Below, in pieces: positions 22,845 through 33,966 of a stretch of DNA of 61,311 nucleotides. The translations under genes were made by a program, and so were the position numbers. The notes beneath the pieces were generated by a model. That model ran no database searches. It saw nothing but the letters and a program-made list of their open reading frames with translations, and was not told where the DNA came from. This DNA comes from an uncultured Candidatus Saccharibacteria bacterium (GTDB lineage: Bacteria; Patescibacteriota; Saccharimonadia; CAILAD01; BJGX01): contig CAZWVB010000001.1 in assembly GCA_964637185.1 (NCBI GenBank), positions 1 to 61,311 on the forward strand, in the 5' to 3' direction. Each line of letters begins with the position of its first letter. Position 1 is the first letter of the stretch.

Positions 22845-24041
22845 CTATGCCCGAACCTGTAGAGGTCGCGTCTCGCGGTCCATTAGCTTCCAGCCGGGAT
22901 AACGGGCGGTCATGTAGATGATGCCGTAGATGATGAAGCCGAGGCCGACAGTCACCAAGAGCCCGGCGATCGGGTGCTGACCCCAAGCCGCGCCGGTGTA
23001 GACGACGATCATGGCTGGGAAGCAACAGAACACCAGCGCGGCGATGAAGGCCCAGAACCGACCACCGACCGTACCCGATACCGAACCGGCCAACCCCTTG
23101 CGACCGGTCTGCCTCAGCCAGATCGGCAAGCGCCACTTGACGGTGACGGCGTCGGTGGCGTTCTTGAGGTTGTGAGCGATCATCTGCCGGAACTCGTCGT
23201 CGTCGAAGCGCAGCTGCTGAGCACGGGTCAACATCTCGACACCACGCTCGGCCTGCTGCTGGGTGGTGATCACCCGATCACCGGTGTTGAGCAAGGTGTA
23301 GGACATCACGCAGGTGTCGTTGAGCGCGTGGGCCAGGTAGTACTGGAACACGTCTGCGTCGGGGAAGTCGCGCACGACCTGCTCCATGATCGGCAACGCC
23401 AAATCCGGGCGCTCCGTCTGCAAGTGCACGCTGGCGACCGATGATCGGTAGACGGGGTTGGCCGGCGCCAGCCCGGAGGCACGCTCGTAGCACGACAACG
23501 CCAGCGACCAGTTGCTGGCTTGTTCGTAGATGCCGCCGAGATCGAAGTGGTACTCCGGCTCATTCGGCTTGATCCGAAGCGCCTCGGAGTACTCGAAGAT
23601 CGCATCCTGCGTGTTGCCCAGCAGCATGCTCGTTTGACCACGGATCGCCCAGGCCTCGTGATTGGAGCCATCTTGGGTGGTCGCCTCACGCGCGGCATAG
23701 GACGCCGACTGCAGATCACCCTTGGTGAGGAACTCCTTGGCCCGGTCGAGCCAGTTGGCAGCGCCGCCCATGGAGCGCTCGCCACCATCCGCGCTCGGGC
23801 CCGCCCAACTGGCCAACTGCTGGTCGTAGGACGCTCTGGCTTCGGCGTTCAGCAGCACCTTGTTGGCTTCATCTAGCTTGCGCATCTGCTCCTCAGCTAG
23901 ATGGCGCTTGGACTGGTCCCCCGACGCTTGGCGCTTCTGCCAGGTGCGACGCTGGTTCTTCAAGGCCTGCTTGATCTCGTCCTCAGACGCGGTTCGAGAG
24001 ACCTCAAGCAGCTGATAGAAGTCTATGAAGTTGTCGGACAT
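22845..24041 (-). CDS. J-domain-like (no HPD) + TPR + 2-TM protein, paralog 1
   Basis: FIDFYQLLEVSRTASEDEIKQA...LDEANKVLLNAEARASYD; TPRs; C-terminal TMs. Confidence 0.85.
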   Translation of the reverse strand: MSDNFIDFYQLLEVSRTASEDEIKQALKNQRRTWQKRQASGDQSKRHLAEEQMRKLDEANKVLLNAEARASYDQQLASWAGPSADGGERSMGGAANWLDRAKEFLTKGDLQSASYAAREATTQDGSNHEAWAIRGQTSMLLGNTQDAIFEYSEALRIKPNEPEYHFDLGGIYEQASNWSLALSCYERASGLAPANPVYRSSVASVHLQTERPDLALPIMEQVVRDFPDADVFQYYLAHALNDTCVMSYTLLNTGDRVITTQQQAERGVEMLTRAQQLRFDDDEFRQMIAHNLKNATDAVTVKWRLPIWLRQTGRKGLAGSVSGTVGGRFWAFIAALVFCCFPAMIVVYTGAAWGQHPIAGLLVTVGLGFIIYGIIYMTARYPGWKLMDRETRPLQVRA

Positions 24042-24093
24042 TGAGTGGCCTCAGGTGTGATCTGGGTCTGTGAACGTGGCGTACTCTGGCTGA

Positions 24094-24477
24094 TTACGCA
24101 CCAAATAGCGTGCGTTCAACCTCCCGCACTATCTCGTCAGAGACACTCGATGGAGGAGTCTGGACCTTCAAGATGTGCGCAACAAAGTCGGAATCAACTC
24201 CCATGTTGTACTTGTCAACGTAGTAACCGAGATCGTTAGGCCAAGCCCATTGACCATCGGTCAATATCTCGTGAGGACCGATCTCTGGTCGACCCTCGTC
24301 GAGAACGTCGTAGTTGATGGTGCCTAGTGAACGAACCGCCGTTGGTGCTTCGGATAGATAGCGAACTACGGTCGCCTTGTCGTTCTGATCAATCCGTAGA
24401 GTTCCCGACATCTCCGCGATATCTGGACCGTCCGGTAGGGCATGATCTGTACCTTTCATAAAGCCTGTTGTCTTCAT
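24094..24477 (-). CDS. Putative immunity protein for toxin 1
   Basis: Directly downstream of the toxin, lower GC, TDGQWAWPNDLGYYV motif; GGAG SD before ATG 24477. Confidence 0.7.
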   Translation of the reverse strand: MKTTGFMKGTDHALPDGPDIAEMSGTLRIDQNDKATVVRYLSEAPTAVRSLGTINYDVLDEGRPEIGPHEILTDGQWAWPNDLGYYVDKYNMGVDSDFVAHILKVQTPPSSVSDEIVREVERTLFGA

Positions 24478-24493
24478 ATGTGTCTCCACTTAC

Positions 24494-25213
24494 TTACCTA
24501 GGTACAAATATGCGCCATTGGCCACTATTATTCAAGCCGACCACCAAACGACCATCAGAAAGCGGGTAAACAGTATCCGTGGCAGCCAAGACGGGTCGAC
24601 CGATTTCATTGGCCAATTGCTGAGCCGCACCGTCGTCGATCTGCCCGGCCTTGCACGAGACAAGTCGAATAGGAAGCGAACTCAAGTCCGGACTGGACTG
24701 AAGAGATCGTGCAAGAGTGGCTGGCTGGACAGGAGTCTTATCGCTGAGTCCGAAGTGAAAGGGATTTCCATGAATGACCACATCCTGATAGCCCGCTACA
24801 CCACCATTCCTATTGGCGTATTGTCCTGCGATATCGCTATCTGCGAGGAAGTTGAGACCGCCCCCCGCTGTACGAGAGTTGATCGTTGGGCCAGATCCGC
24901 CACTCCCGCCACTCGCATCGAGTGGACCCGCACCACTCCCTCCACCTCCACCGGCGATCCGTCCGACGAACTGCTTGGCGGCTTGCTGCGCGAGCTGGAG
25001 GGCCTGCGCGGCCTGTTCGCAGCGGTGGGCAGCCGTGTCGAGCTGTTGGGTTACTTGCTTGGGGCGAGGGTCGGCTGAGCCGGCTAGCACGGCGTTGGCC
25101 TGGTTTGCGGTCTGGCGGTTGCGTACGGCTTGGGCGGTGAGCTGCTGCACGACCGTCCCGATCTCTCCGGCGACGGCATCAACGTTGGCAGCGATGTCTT
25201 GGAGCTCGGACAT
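24494..25213 (-). CDS. Polymorphic toxin 1: WXG100-like N-terminus + His/Cys caspase/C80-like peptidase domain
   Basis: Helical N-terminal domain of about 85 aa, Gly linker, DVVIHG...IRLVSCKAG...AQQLANEIGRPVLA. Confidence 0.7.
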   Translation of the reverse strand: MSELQDIAANVDAVAGEIGTVVQQLTAQAVRNRQTANQANAVLAGSADPRPKQVTQQLDTAAHRCEQAAQALQLAQQAAKQFVGRIAGGGGGSGAGPLDASGGSGGSGPTINSRTAGGGLNFLADSDIAGQYANRNGGVAGYQDVVIHGNPFHFGLSDKTPVQPATLARSLQSSPDLSSLPIRLVSCKAGQIDDGAAQQLANEIGRPVLAATDTVYPLSDGRLVVGLNNSGQWRIFVPR

Positions 25214-25275
25214 CGCCTCGCTCAGCCTCCGCCGCAGTTGCGGCTGACGAAGAGCTTGCCGGCGGATTCGGCGGC
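24955..25275. repeat. 321-bp diverged direct repeat, copy 1 (copy 2 at 34456-34776)
   Basis: Covers the toxin N-terminal domain plus the last codons of the upstream WXG-like gene. Confidence 0.9.
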
Positions 25276-25494
25276 ATGAAGTTCCTGGGCGGCCTGCTCG
25301 CACTGCTCGGCAGCGTTCTGGAGAGCTTGGACCGTCTGGCGAGCTTGCGCGCTGGAGCTGCCTTTCACGGTTTGAGCGGCACGGGCTGCTGCTTGGCGCA
25401 GGTTCCGGGCTTGGGAGTGGAGCTGTTGGGCCATCGAGACGATGTCGCCAGCAATCGAGGTGACCTCGGTACAGATGCTCTGCAGCTCGGACAT
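25222..25494 (-). CDS. WXG100-like helical hairpin protein
   Basis: 90 aa, Ala/Gln-rich, central VKGS turn; similar to the toxin N-termini (CEQAAQ.L..A..A.K.FV.R). Confidence 0.65.
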   Translation of the reverse strand: MSELQSICTEVTSIAGDIVSMAQQLHSQARNLRQAAARAAQTVKGSSSAQARQTVQALQNAAEQCEQAAQELHAAESAGKLFVSRNCGGG

Positions 25495-25521
25495 GGTGGC
25501 TCAGGATCACCGGTCGAAGGA

Positions 25522-25782
25522 TCAGAGGGACGAGGCGTAGCTCTGAGCGGAGCTGGCAGCCTGCTGGAGGGCTTGCACGGCAGCTTCGACCTGCTTCTCG
25601 GCGTTCTTGAGGGTGGCGATGATCTCCTTGTCGACGTTCTGGGCGCTGCCACCAATCGCGGCGTTGACTTGGTTGACCGCGTTGGAGAACTTGGACTTGA
25701 AGGAGGACAGCCCACCCGCTGTCGACTTGGCGTCGTTGCTGATGCTGTTGAGCTGAGACTTGAGCTGTTGCAGTTGCGACAT
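25522..25782 (-). CDS. WXG100-like helical hairpin protein
   Basis: 86 aa, two amphipathic helices around IGGSAQ. Confidence 0.65.
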   Translation of the reverse strand: MSQLQQLKSQLNSISNDAKSTAGGLSSFKSKFSNAVNQVNAAIGGSAQNVDKEIIATLKNAEKQVEAAVQALQQAASSAQSYASSL

Positions 25783-25809
25783 GGCGTGTGCTCCGTTGTG
25801 TAGGTGGGC

Positions 25810-26499
25810 TTAGGTGGGTTGTTGGTCGGGTGGCGACGGCATCGGGCCTTTGGGGTTGAGAGCGACCTTGAGTCCAACAAGGACGGCAATGCCACCCACC
25901 ACACCTACCCCGATCAGCGCTGGCTGCCCGATCACCAGGCCAACGATGGCCACCAGGACGACGAGGGCTGCGCCGGCGATGCCGGAGGTCTTGGTGGCTT
26001 GCTGGCGTTTGAGCTGCCACGCTTGGGCTGCGGCCGAGGCGGCTTCTCGCTCGCGGCGTTGGCGTTCGGCTTCCTCGAGTTGGCGCTGGCGTTCCCGTTC
26101 TCGAGCGGCTTCTTCTTCGGCCAGGCGGCGTTCGTTTGCGGCGTGACGGTGGGCCTTGAGTTTGCGGCTGAGGCGGCGGATGTCACCGCTGGTGTCCTTG
26201 ATGTCGCGGGCCAGGTCGTCGGCGCCCTTGCTGGGCTTGGTCGAGGTGGGCTTGATGCTGGCTGGGACAAGTTGTCCGAGGGCAACATCGCGCAGGGCCG
26301 TCCGGGCATCGTTGAGAGAGGTCTCGACGAGCTGGCGGTGGGCGGTGACCTCCTCGCGTCGTCGGCCGGCGTCGGCTTCGGCTTTGAGCCTGGCTTGTTG
26401 CTCGTCAGCGCGCAGGCGGGCCTGCTCGGCGGCGTACCAGCCAGGCAAGCCGTCGAGCGCAGCAACGGCTTCGAGGTAGTCGGTCAGCTCGCTGCTCAC
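25810..26499 (-). CDS. Coiled-coil protein with C-terminal 2-TM hairpin
   Basis: GTGA-coupled to the FtsK gene; long R/E/A coiled coil; hydrophobic IAGAALVVLVAIVGLVIG... Confidence 0.75.
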   Translation of the reverse strand: MSSELTDYLEAVAALDGLPGWYAAEQARLRADEQQARLKAEADAGRRREEVTAHRQLVETSLNDARTALRDVALGQLVPASIKPTSTKPSKGADDLARDIKDTSGDIRRLSRKLKAHRHAANERRLAEEEAARERERQRQLEEAERQRREREAASAAAQAWQLKRQQATKTSGIAGAALVVLVAIVGLVIGQPALIGVGVVGGIAVLVGLKVALNPKGPMPSPPDQQPT

Positions 26500-29438
26500 A
26501 GCCGGCCTCGGGCGAGCTGGTCGAGCTGGTTGGGGTGGGATGGTGCGAACGGCACGATGACGTTGCCGGCTTGGCTGGCGGCTCGGTCGAAGAGCAGTGC
26601 ACGGTTGGCTTCAGGTTGCCAGTCAGCGAACGGGTCGTTGGTGATGTGGACGACATCATCACGGCTAGCGCCACTGAAGCAGAAGCCTTGCAGCAAGCCG
26701 GTGAGGCTGTAGTCGGACTCGATGTGCTGCTCGTAGGACTTGTAGTTGCCCCACCAGCACGCCAGGTGGATACCGAAGGTGCTGCCGTCCCGGACGAGCG
26801 CTCGCAGTTCCTCTACCGGGGTGTCGGCTCCTATCGCGGCGGGGCGATCTAGCCCGGCGGCGCGGTGCATGGCGAAACCGAGCACGTAGGTGATCGGGCC
26901 GGAGGCGCCATCGAGCCGTTCTTGTAGGTCTTGGCGCAGCGCAGAGATTGACGCTGGCAACTCTCGAGCGCCGATGATGTCGACATCGTGACCCCAGGAA
27001 GTCAGGCAGGTGGCCAGCTGCGGCAACGCCGCCACTGGTCGCTGCTCGTCCATCAGCAGATCGAGTAGCAGGAAGCGTTGCTCATGGCTCCGGTCAGCGC
27101 CGAGGCAGAGGGCGGTGGCATGTAGTAGGCCGATGGCTTCGTGCCCGGCAACGTCACGGCGCTCGCCGGCGGCTGTGGTCTCGGGCTGGTCGTCTTGGCT
27201 GCCTCCGCCCGGGCCAATGATGGCGAGGTGACGGCCCGATTCCTGGCGGAAGCTGAAGCGCACTGCTTCGCGTCTGACCGCGACCGGCAAACCCATCAGA
27301 ACGGTGCCGGAAGTCGGCTTGCTGCGGAGCGCGGAGAAGCCCGGGTTGCTGAGCAACTCGGCCGGCTCCGAGCCGACGAAGACCAGCGGAGGTGGCTGCT
27401 TTGGGAAACGCTGGCAGAGTTCAGCGCGCAGCTTGGCCATGTCGGCCTTGTCGGCGAAGGCGACGGTGATGCGTTGATTGGAGTCGAGATCACCGAAGTT
27501 GCGGTTGAGAATGGCCTCGCCGCTGTAGCGCAGCCGAGCGGCTTCGGTGTTGCCGGTCTGCAGCACGACCTGGGAGCCGTTGGCGTTGATCTTGAGCGCG
27601 ATGCGGATTGGGAACTGGCCGAAGATCGAGTCTTGCTTGGTCACCAAAGATTGGATGCCATCAAGCGTCTGGGTCGCCAGCACCAGGTGGATGCCGTAGG
27701 CCCGGCCCTTTCGCGCCAGGGTGTCGAACATGGCGACGGCTTGGTCGGTGACGTTGTCGTCGCCTTCGAGCAGGGCCTGGAACTCGTCGATTACAACGAG
27801 CAGTCGGGGCATGCGGCTGGTTGGTTCGGCTTCGCGGAACTGGGCCAGGTTTTGGGCGCCCACGCGCTTGAAAGCGGTGGCGCGCCGGTTGAACTCGGCG
27901 TGGATGTGTTGCAGGACCGCGAGGCCAAAGGGTCGATCGCTCTCCACGCCGACCACCCGAGCATGGGCTAGGCCGTGGCCGTCGTCGCGTTCGGGGGCGA
28001 AGGCGTTGAACTCCAAGCCCTCCTTGAGATCGAGCAGGTACATCTCGACTTCATCGGGCCCGTAGCGGGCGGCGACGCCGTGGATCATGACGTGTAGCAG
28101 GTTCGACTTGCCAGAGCCGGCGGCACCAGCGATCAGGACGTTGTGGGTGTTGTCGATCTTGTCGCCCAGCGTGAAGCCAGCGTTGCGCACACCGGTGCGG
28201 CCAATGACCACTTCGATTCGTTCAGCGGCCGACTCCGTGGTGTCGCCGTTTGCGTTCGGCAGCAGGCTGCGGAACGCGATGGCGGGCGCGGCCGCCACCT
28301 TGGCCGCAGCTGCGACTCTTTCACAGACGGCGGCTACCAACTCGGCCGGCGCGGGCGGATCGAGCGTGGTGTCGAGGTTTGGTGCCAGCGGTGAGCGCCA
28401 ACCGGGCTTGCGAGCGGGAACGACCGTGGCGAACTCATACAGCTTCTCGGGATCGCGATCGCGCGGGTCGCTGACCGAACTGTTGTGGTGGACGATCAGG
28501 CTGACACCGCGGGTCGGGCCGCGCTCGGCAAGCCGCACGATGGTGTCGAAGCTGCGTTCGTCTATCCCAGCCGGGAAGTCCATCATGACCAGTAGCCGGT
28601 ACGGTTCGATGCTTTGGCCGGCGGCGCGTTGTAGATCGCCGAGGGTGTTGTGCTCGCCGCTGAGCAGCTCGGCCAGTTGCGAAACGGTTCGTACCAGCTC
28701 GGTGCTGGTCTCGTAGATCTCGGTGTCCTGGGTTAGCGCCGGGGTCACCAGCAGAGGCGCTTCGCGCAGTCCGCTCACAAACGGTGCCAGGGTGCCACGC
28801 AAGCGAGGGTCGTACCACTGGATCTGCAGATCCCCCGGCGTGGTGGCCGCGAGCAGGCGCACAATGATCGAGGCGATCAGCTCCTGGGCGGCGGCCACGG
28901 AGTTGTCGTCGGACCTGACGACGAGATTGCCGCTGTTGAGAAACGGCACCAGCAGCGGCAGCTTGACTGCCTCGTTGATGCCGTTGCCGACCGGCAGACA
29001 GAGCTGACCGATGCGCACTCCGGCCGGTGAGCTCAGCGCCGGTGCGGTTTGCAACCAGCTCTGATCCTGCCATTCAGCGGCAGCTGGTCCCGCGGCAATC
29101 TGCGAGGCAGCGTTCATGGCGCGGGAACGTTGCTCAATAACTTGTTGAGCGACCCGGTTGCCGACGGTGGCCCGGGCCTTGTCGGCAGCTTGCTTGGCGC
29201 GTTGCGCTTCCTCGGCGGCCAGGCGTTTGGCTTCACCTTCCCTGTTGGTGGTTACGCCGAGCAGTCCGGCCGCATCCCCACACAGGTTCTTGGCCAAGCT
29301 CTCAAGCTGGGCTACAAGCTCGGCTTCTTGCTTGGTGTCCCGATCGGCTGCCGGGGAAGGCGCGGCTGAGGGGGCGCGGCTACCGCGCCCGGCTCGTTCG
29401 ACTTGGCGACCGCCGTTAGTCGAGCTGGGCGGGCTCAT
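26496..29438 (-). CDS. FtsK/SpoIIIE ATPase, EccC/EssC-like multi-domain, no TM segments
   Basis: HNVLIAGAAGSGKS, MYLLDLKEGLEF, LLVVIDEFQ, RKGRAYGIHLVLATQ; degenerate flanking domains; start placed at ATG 29438 (GAGG SD). Confidence 0.88.
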   Translation of the reverse strand: MSPPSSTNGGRQVERAGRGSRAPSAAPSPAADRDTKQEAELVAQLESLAKNLCGDAAGLLGVTTNREGEAKRLAAEEAQRAKQAADKARATVGNRVAQQVIEQRSRAMNAASQIAAGPAAAEWQDQSWLQTAPALSSPAGVRIGQLCLPVGNGINEAVKLPLLVPFLNSGNLVVRSDDNSVAAAQELIASIIVRLLAATTPGDLQIQWYDPRLRGTLAPFVSGLREAPLLVTPALTQDTEIYETSTELVRTVSQLAELLSGEHNTLGDLQRAAGQSIEPYRLLVMMDFPAGIDERSFDTIVRLAERGPTRGVSLIVHHNSSVSDPRDRDPEKLYEFATVVPARKPGWRSPLAPNLDTTLDPPAPAELVAAVCERVAAAAKVAAAPAIAFRSLLPNANGDTTESAAERIEVVIGRTGVRNAGFTLGDKIDNTHNVLIAGAAGSGKSNLLHVMIHGVAARYGPDEVEMYLLDLKEGLEFNAFAPERDDGHGLAHARVVGVESDRPFGLAVLQHIHAEFNRRATAFKRVGAQNLAQFREAEPTSRMPRLLVVIDEFQALLEGDDNVTDQAVAMFDTLARKGRAYGIHLVLATQTLDGIQSLVTKQDSIFGQFPIRIALKINANGSQVVLQTGNTEAARLRYSGEAILNRNFGDLDSNQRITVAFADKADMAKLRAELCQRFPKQPPPLVFVGSEPAELLSNPGFSALRSKPTSGTVLMGLPVAVRREAVRFSFRQESGRHLAIIGPGGGSQDDQPETTAAGERRDVAGHEAIGLLHATALCLGADRSHEQRFLLLDLLMDEQRPVAALPQLATCLTSWGHDVDIIGARELPASISALRQDLQERLDGASGPITYVLGFAMHRAAGLDRPAAIGADTPVEELRALVRDGSTFGIHLACWWGNYKSYEQHIESDYSLTGLLQGFCFSGASRDDVVHITNDPFADWQPEANRALLFDRAASQAGNVIVPFAPSHPNQLDQLARGRL

Positions 29439-29961
29439 CGGCAGCCTCGATCGGGCCGGCTTGAGCCAGCACGACGTGCGCGGGACGGACCACCCGATCG
29501 CCGTGGCGGTAACCACGGCGCACCACTTCAAGTACCAGGCTGTGCCAACCTTCGTCGTCAACCAGCTGGGTCTCGATGATCTCACAGACGCCCGGGTCGA
29601 ACGGGCTGCCAACCTCAAGCGTGATCGGCTCCACACCTTGTCGGCGCAGCAACTCCAGCAACTCCTCGGCGGCATGGTCAACGAAGTCACCGTCAGGGCC
29701 CTGGTAACGCTCGAAGCGATCAAGCACCAGCATCAGATCGCGCATCAGAGGCATCGCTGCCATGCCATCGGCAGCTTTGCGGGCGGTTTCTAGTTCGGCA
29801 TACAGCTTGTCGTACATCTCCTGCTTCTGGCGGTCTTGCAATAGCCGGCGGTTGAACAGGTCATGCAGAGTCTGCATCTTCTCCAATAGCTCAGCCGCGG
29901 ACGGCTGGACGGTATCGGCAGCGCTCGGGGCATCGGTGGCTTCGACTGGCGCGTCGCTCAT
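29416..29961 (-). CDS. grpE: GrpE-family nucleotide exchange factor
   Basis: LMRDLMLVLDRFER, GVEPI..GSPFDP, VVRRGY..GDRVVRPAHVVL. Confidence 0.85.
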   Translation of the reverse strand: MSDAPVEATDAPSAADTVQPSAAELLEKMQTLHDLFNRRLLQDRQKQEMYDKLYAELETARKAADGMAAMPLMRDLMLVLDRFERYQGPDGDFVDHAAEELLELLRRQGVEPITLEVGSPFDPGVCEIIETQLVDDEGWHSLVLEVVRRGYRHGDRVVRPAHVVLAQAGPIEAADEPAQLD

Positions 29962-31175
29962 CGCCGCACCTGCATCGACTTGCTCTCGGCGTCCATGATC
30001 CTCCAGCCGGGCACCCGGCAGGTCTTGTAGAAGATGAAGTACAACAAGCCGATCGCCGCAGCGGCGATCAGGAAGCCGCCACCTTTACTGCCGGCGTCAC
30101 GGGCCGCGAACAACATGCCACCACCGATGATGATGGCGGCGGGCATCAGGCACCACAGGAAGCAGCCGAGGCTAGCCATCTTCAGGCCGCGCCCCATGCC
30201 ATCGGGATGGTTCTTGCCACCAAACCACATGGTCCAGAACGACTCACGCAGCCACGACGGTCGACGCCACTTCACGGCTAGGGCGTCGTTGGCCAGCTTG
30301 AGGTTCTGGTCGATCAGCTGCTGGGTGTCGACATCGTCGTATGTCAGGCCCTTCGCTCGTTCGAGCAGGCTGACGGCGTTGCGGGCCTGCTGCTCGGTGG
30401 TGACGATGCGAGTGCCATCGTTGAGCAAGGTCAGGCTCTGGACGACCGAGTCGTTGAGGGCGTTGGCCAAGTAATAGTTGACGACCTCGTTGGTCGGATC
30501 CTCGGCGTAGACCCGCTCGATCACAGGCAACGCCAAGTCGGGCCGGTCGTTCTGCAGATGCACGCCGGCCACCGCCAAACGGAAGACCGGCACCTGCGGC
30601 GCGATCGAGGCGGCGCGCTCGTAACTACTGAGCGCCTGGTTCCACTGTCCCATCTCCTCGTAGACAGTGCCAAGATCGAAGTGGTAGCTCGGCTCGTTGC
30701 CATTGAGCCGAATGGCCTCGCCATACTCGAAGATGGCAGCTTGGTGCTCACCGGTCAGCAGGCTGGTCTCGGCCCGGAACGCCCAGGCCTCGTGGTTGGA
30801 GCCGTCATGGGTGGTGGCTTCGCGAGCGGCGTAGGCGGCCGAGTGCGCGTCGCCACGAGCCAAGAAGTCCCGGGCTCGATCCAGCCAGTTGCCGGAGCCG
30901 TCCGAGGAGGGCCCAGCCGTCGGTGCCGGCGGACGGTAGTTGGCCAGCTGCTGGTCGTAGCTGGAGCGGCTTGAGGCGTTGAGCAGGACGCGGTTCGCCT
31001 CGTCGAGATGACGCATCTTCTCCTCAGCTTGGGCACGACGCGTTGGGTCCGGCGCGTTCTGGCGCTTCTGCCAGGTCTTGCGCTGCCGCTTGATCGCCTC
31101 GCGGATCTGCTCAGCGTTCGCGGTCGGCGGCACCTGCAGCAGCTCGTAGAAGTTGACGAAGGTGTCGGTCGCCAT
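29958..31175 (-). CDS. J-domain-like (no HPD) + TPR + 2-TM protein, paralog 2
   Basis: FVNFYELLQVPPTANAEQIREA...LDEANRVLLNASSRSSYD; similar to 22845-24041 along its length. Confidence 0.85.
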   Translation of the reverse strand: MATDTFVNFYELLQVPPTANAEQIREAIKRQRKTWQKRQNAPDPTRRAQAEEKMRHLDEANRVLLNASSRSSYDQQLANYRPPAPTAGPSSDGSGNWLDRARDFLARGDAHSAAYAAREATTHDGSNHEAWAFRAETSLLTGEHQAAIFEYGEAIRLNGNEPSYHFDLGTVYEEMGQWNQALSSYERAASIAPQVPVFRLAVAGVHLQNDRPDLALPVIERVYAEDPTNEVVNYYLANALNDSVVQSLTLLNDGTRIVTTEQQARNAVSLLERAKGLTYDDVDTQQLIDQNLKLANDALAVKWRRPSWLRESFWTMWFGGKNHPDGMGRGLKMASLGCFLWCLMPAAIIIGGGMLFAARDAGSKGGGFLIAAAAIGLLYFIFYKTCRVPGWRIMDAESKSMQVRR

Positions 31176-31177
31176 AG

Positions 31178-32719
<1,542 letters not shown>

Positions 32720-32910
32720 GACGATGTCCCTCCGGTGATAGGCGCGTGCGGATCAGATGCTCCGACGCAGGTCAGCGAGGACAGGCACCGCCGGGATGAA
32801 AGCCTCCGTCCGCCGCCACGCGTCCCCTGTGACTGGAGACACCCTATGCAAGCACGCGCGCGCGACGAAAGGGCAACTGGCGCGCGCCTTCGTTTGGAAC
32901 CTCGTTCGGG

Positions 32911-33678
32911 TTAGAGGCCTCGCAGAGTGCGCACGAACCAGCGCACCTCCTGCCATTCCGGCAGCCTGGGCGGATGGCGGGTTCCGGTGAAGCGGCGGAA
33001 GTCCGGCGCTGGCAGGCCAGCCAGTTCGTGGGCGACCTGGCGGAGCCGGGCGATGGTGCGGCGCGACACCGGCAGCTCGGACTGGCGGCGACTATCCAGC
33101 CAGAGCTCGTCGGGATAGTCCTCGACCGTGGCGAGGAAAGCAGCGAGGTCGCCGTCCCAGCTCAGGCCCAGCTCTTCCCGCAGCGCCCATTGGGTCGGCA
33201 GGCGGCAGCCTTCACTCGGTTCACACACTGCTTGGGCGAGAGCGCTTCCAGTCGCGAAACGATGCAGGGGCCCGTAATAGAAGTCGGCACCAGCTTCGGC
33301 CAGACGCAGCGCCAGATAGCGACTGGCCAGCGTCCGGCAGGTCGCCACGATCATAAGTTCGTCTGGTGCCTTCTGAGCGCGCAGTCTCGCCACCGCCGAC
33401 ACGCCACAGAAGCGGTCGCGTTCGAGCGCGCACGCGCTGACCTCGACTAGCGCCGTAATCGGTCCGTCCGACTTAGCCAGGCCAACAGCCAGTGCATCCT
33501 CAGGCGCGCAACAGGCCGCGACCGTCAGCCCAGGGTGATGGCGGCAGAAGTCGGTGACACCGGCCCGGTAAATCTCATCGGCGTCGACCACCAAGACCGA
33601 TCGAGGTTCCGCTCCCGCGCGGTGGTTTCTCACCGCACCAGTCTCGCGCCGCCAGACCTCGCGTTCGATGGACGGCAC
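32911..33678 (-). CDS. Atypical receiver-domain (response-regulator-like) protein
   Basis: RSVLVVDADEIYRAGV...GADFY receiver-like pattern; no kinase nearby. Confidence 0.5.
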   Translation of the reverse strand: MPSIEREVWRRETGAVRNHRAGAEPRSVLVVDADEIYRAGVTDFCRHHPGLTVAACCAPEDALAVGLAKSDGPITALVEVSACALERDRFCGVSAVARLRAQKAPDELMIVATCRTLASRYLALRLAEAGADFYYGPLHRFATGSALAQAVCEPSEGCRLPTQWALREELGLSWDGDLAAFLATVEDYPDELWLDSRRQSELPVSRRTIARLRQVAHELAGLPAPDFRRFTGTRHPPRLPEWQEVRWFVRTLRGL

Positions 33679-33687
33679 CGCTGTGGC

Positions 33688-33966
33688 TTACGACTGTTCG
33701 AACAGCGACTCGTCCGTTCGGCGACCAGCAGCAAACTCCCGCTCGTGGACGTCGGGGGAAACGCTGGAGTTTGCAAAGAGGACAGATCCATCACTTGCAA
33801 CGAGTACTGCGCCGCCTCCGCGTCGGTCCTGCCACACGTAGGTCGCGTCTCCCTCGATCTCGCGCGAGTTCGTTGTTGCTTCTTCACGAGATAGCTGCAA
33901 CAGTCCAGCGGCCTTCTGGATGCGCTGATCTCGATTCATATGGTCGGAAGGACTAGTGTTAGACAT
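33688..33966 (-). CDS. Putative immunity protein for toxin 2
   Basis: Overlaps the toxin stop; lower GC; RGGGAVLVASDGSVLFANSSV motif. Confidence 0.65.
   Translation of the reverse strand: MSNTSPSDHMNRDQRIQKAAGLLQLSREEATTNSREIEGDATYVWQDRRGGGAVLVASDGSVLFANSSVSPDVHEREFAAGRRTDESLFEQS

Noticed and set aside
29439-29723. N-terminal extension of the 1075-aa FtsK ORF
   Set aside because: Overlaps grpE on the same strand in another frame; ATG 29438 has an SD
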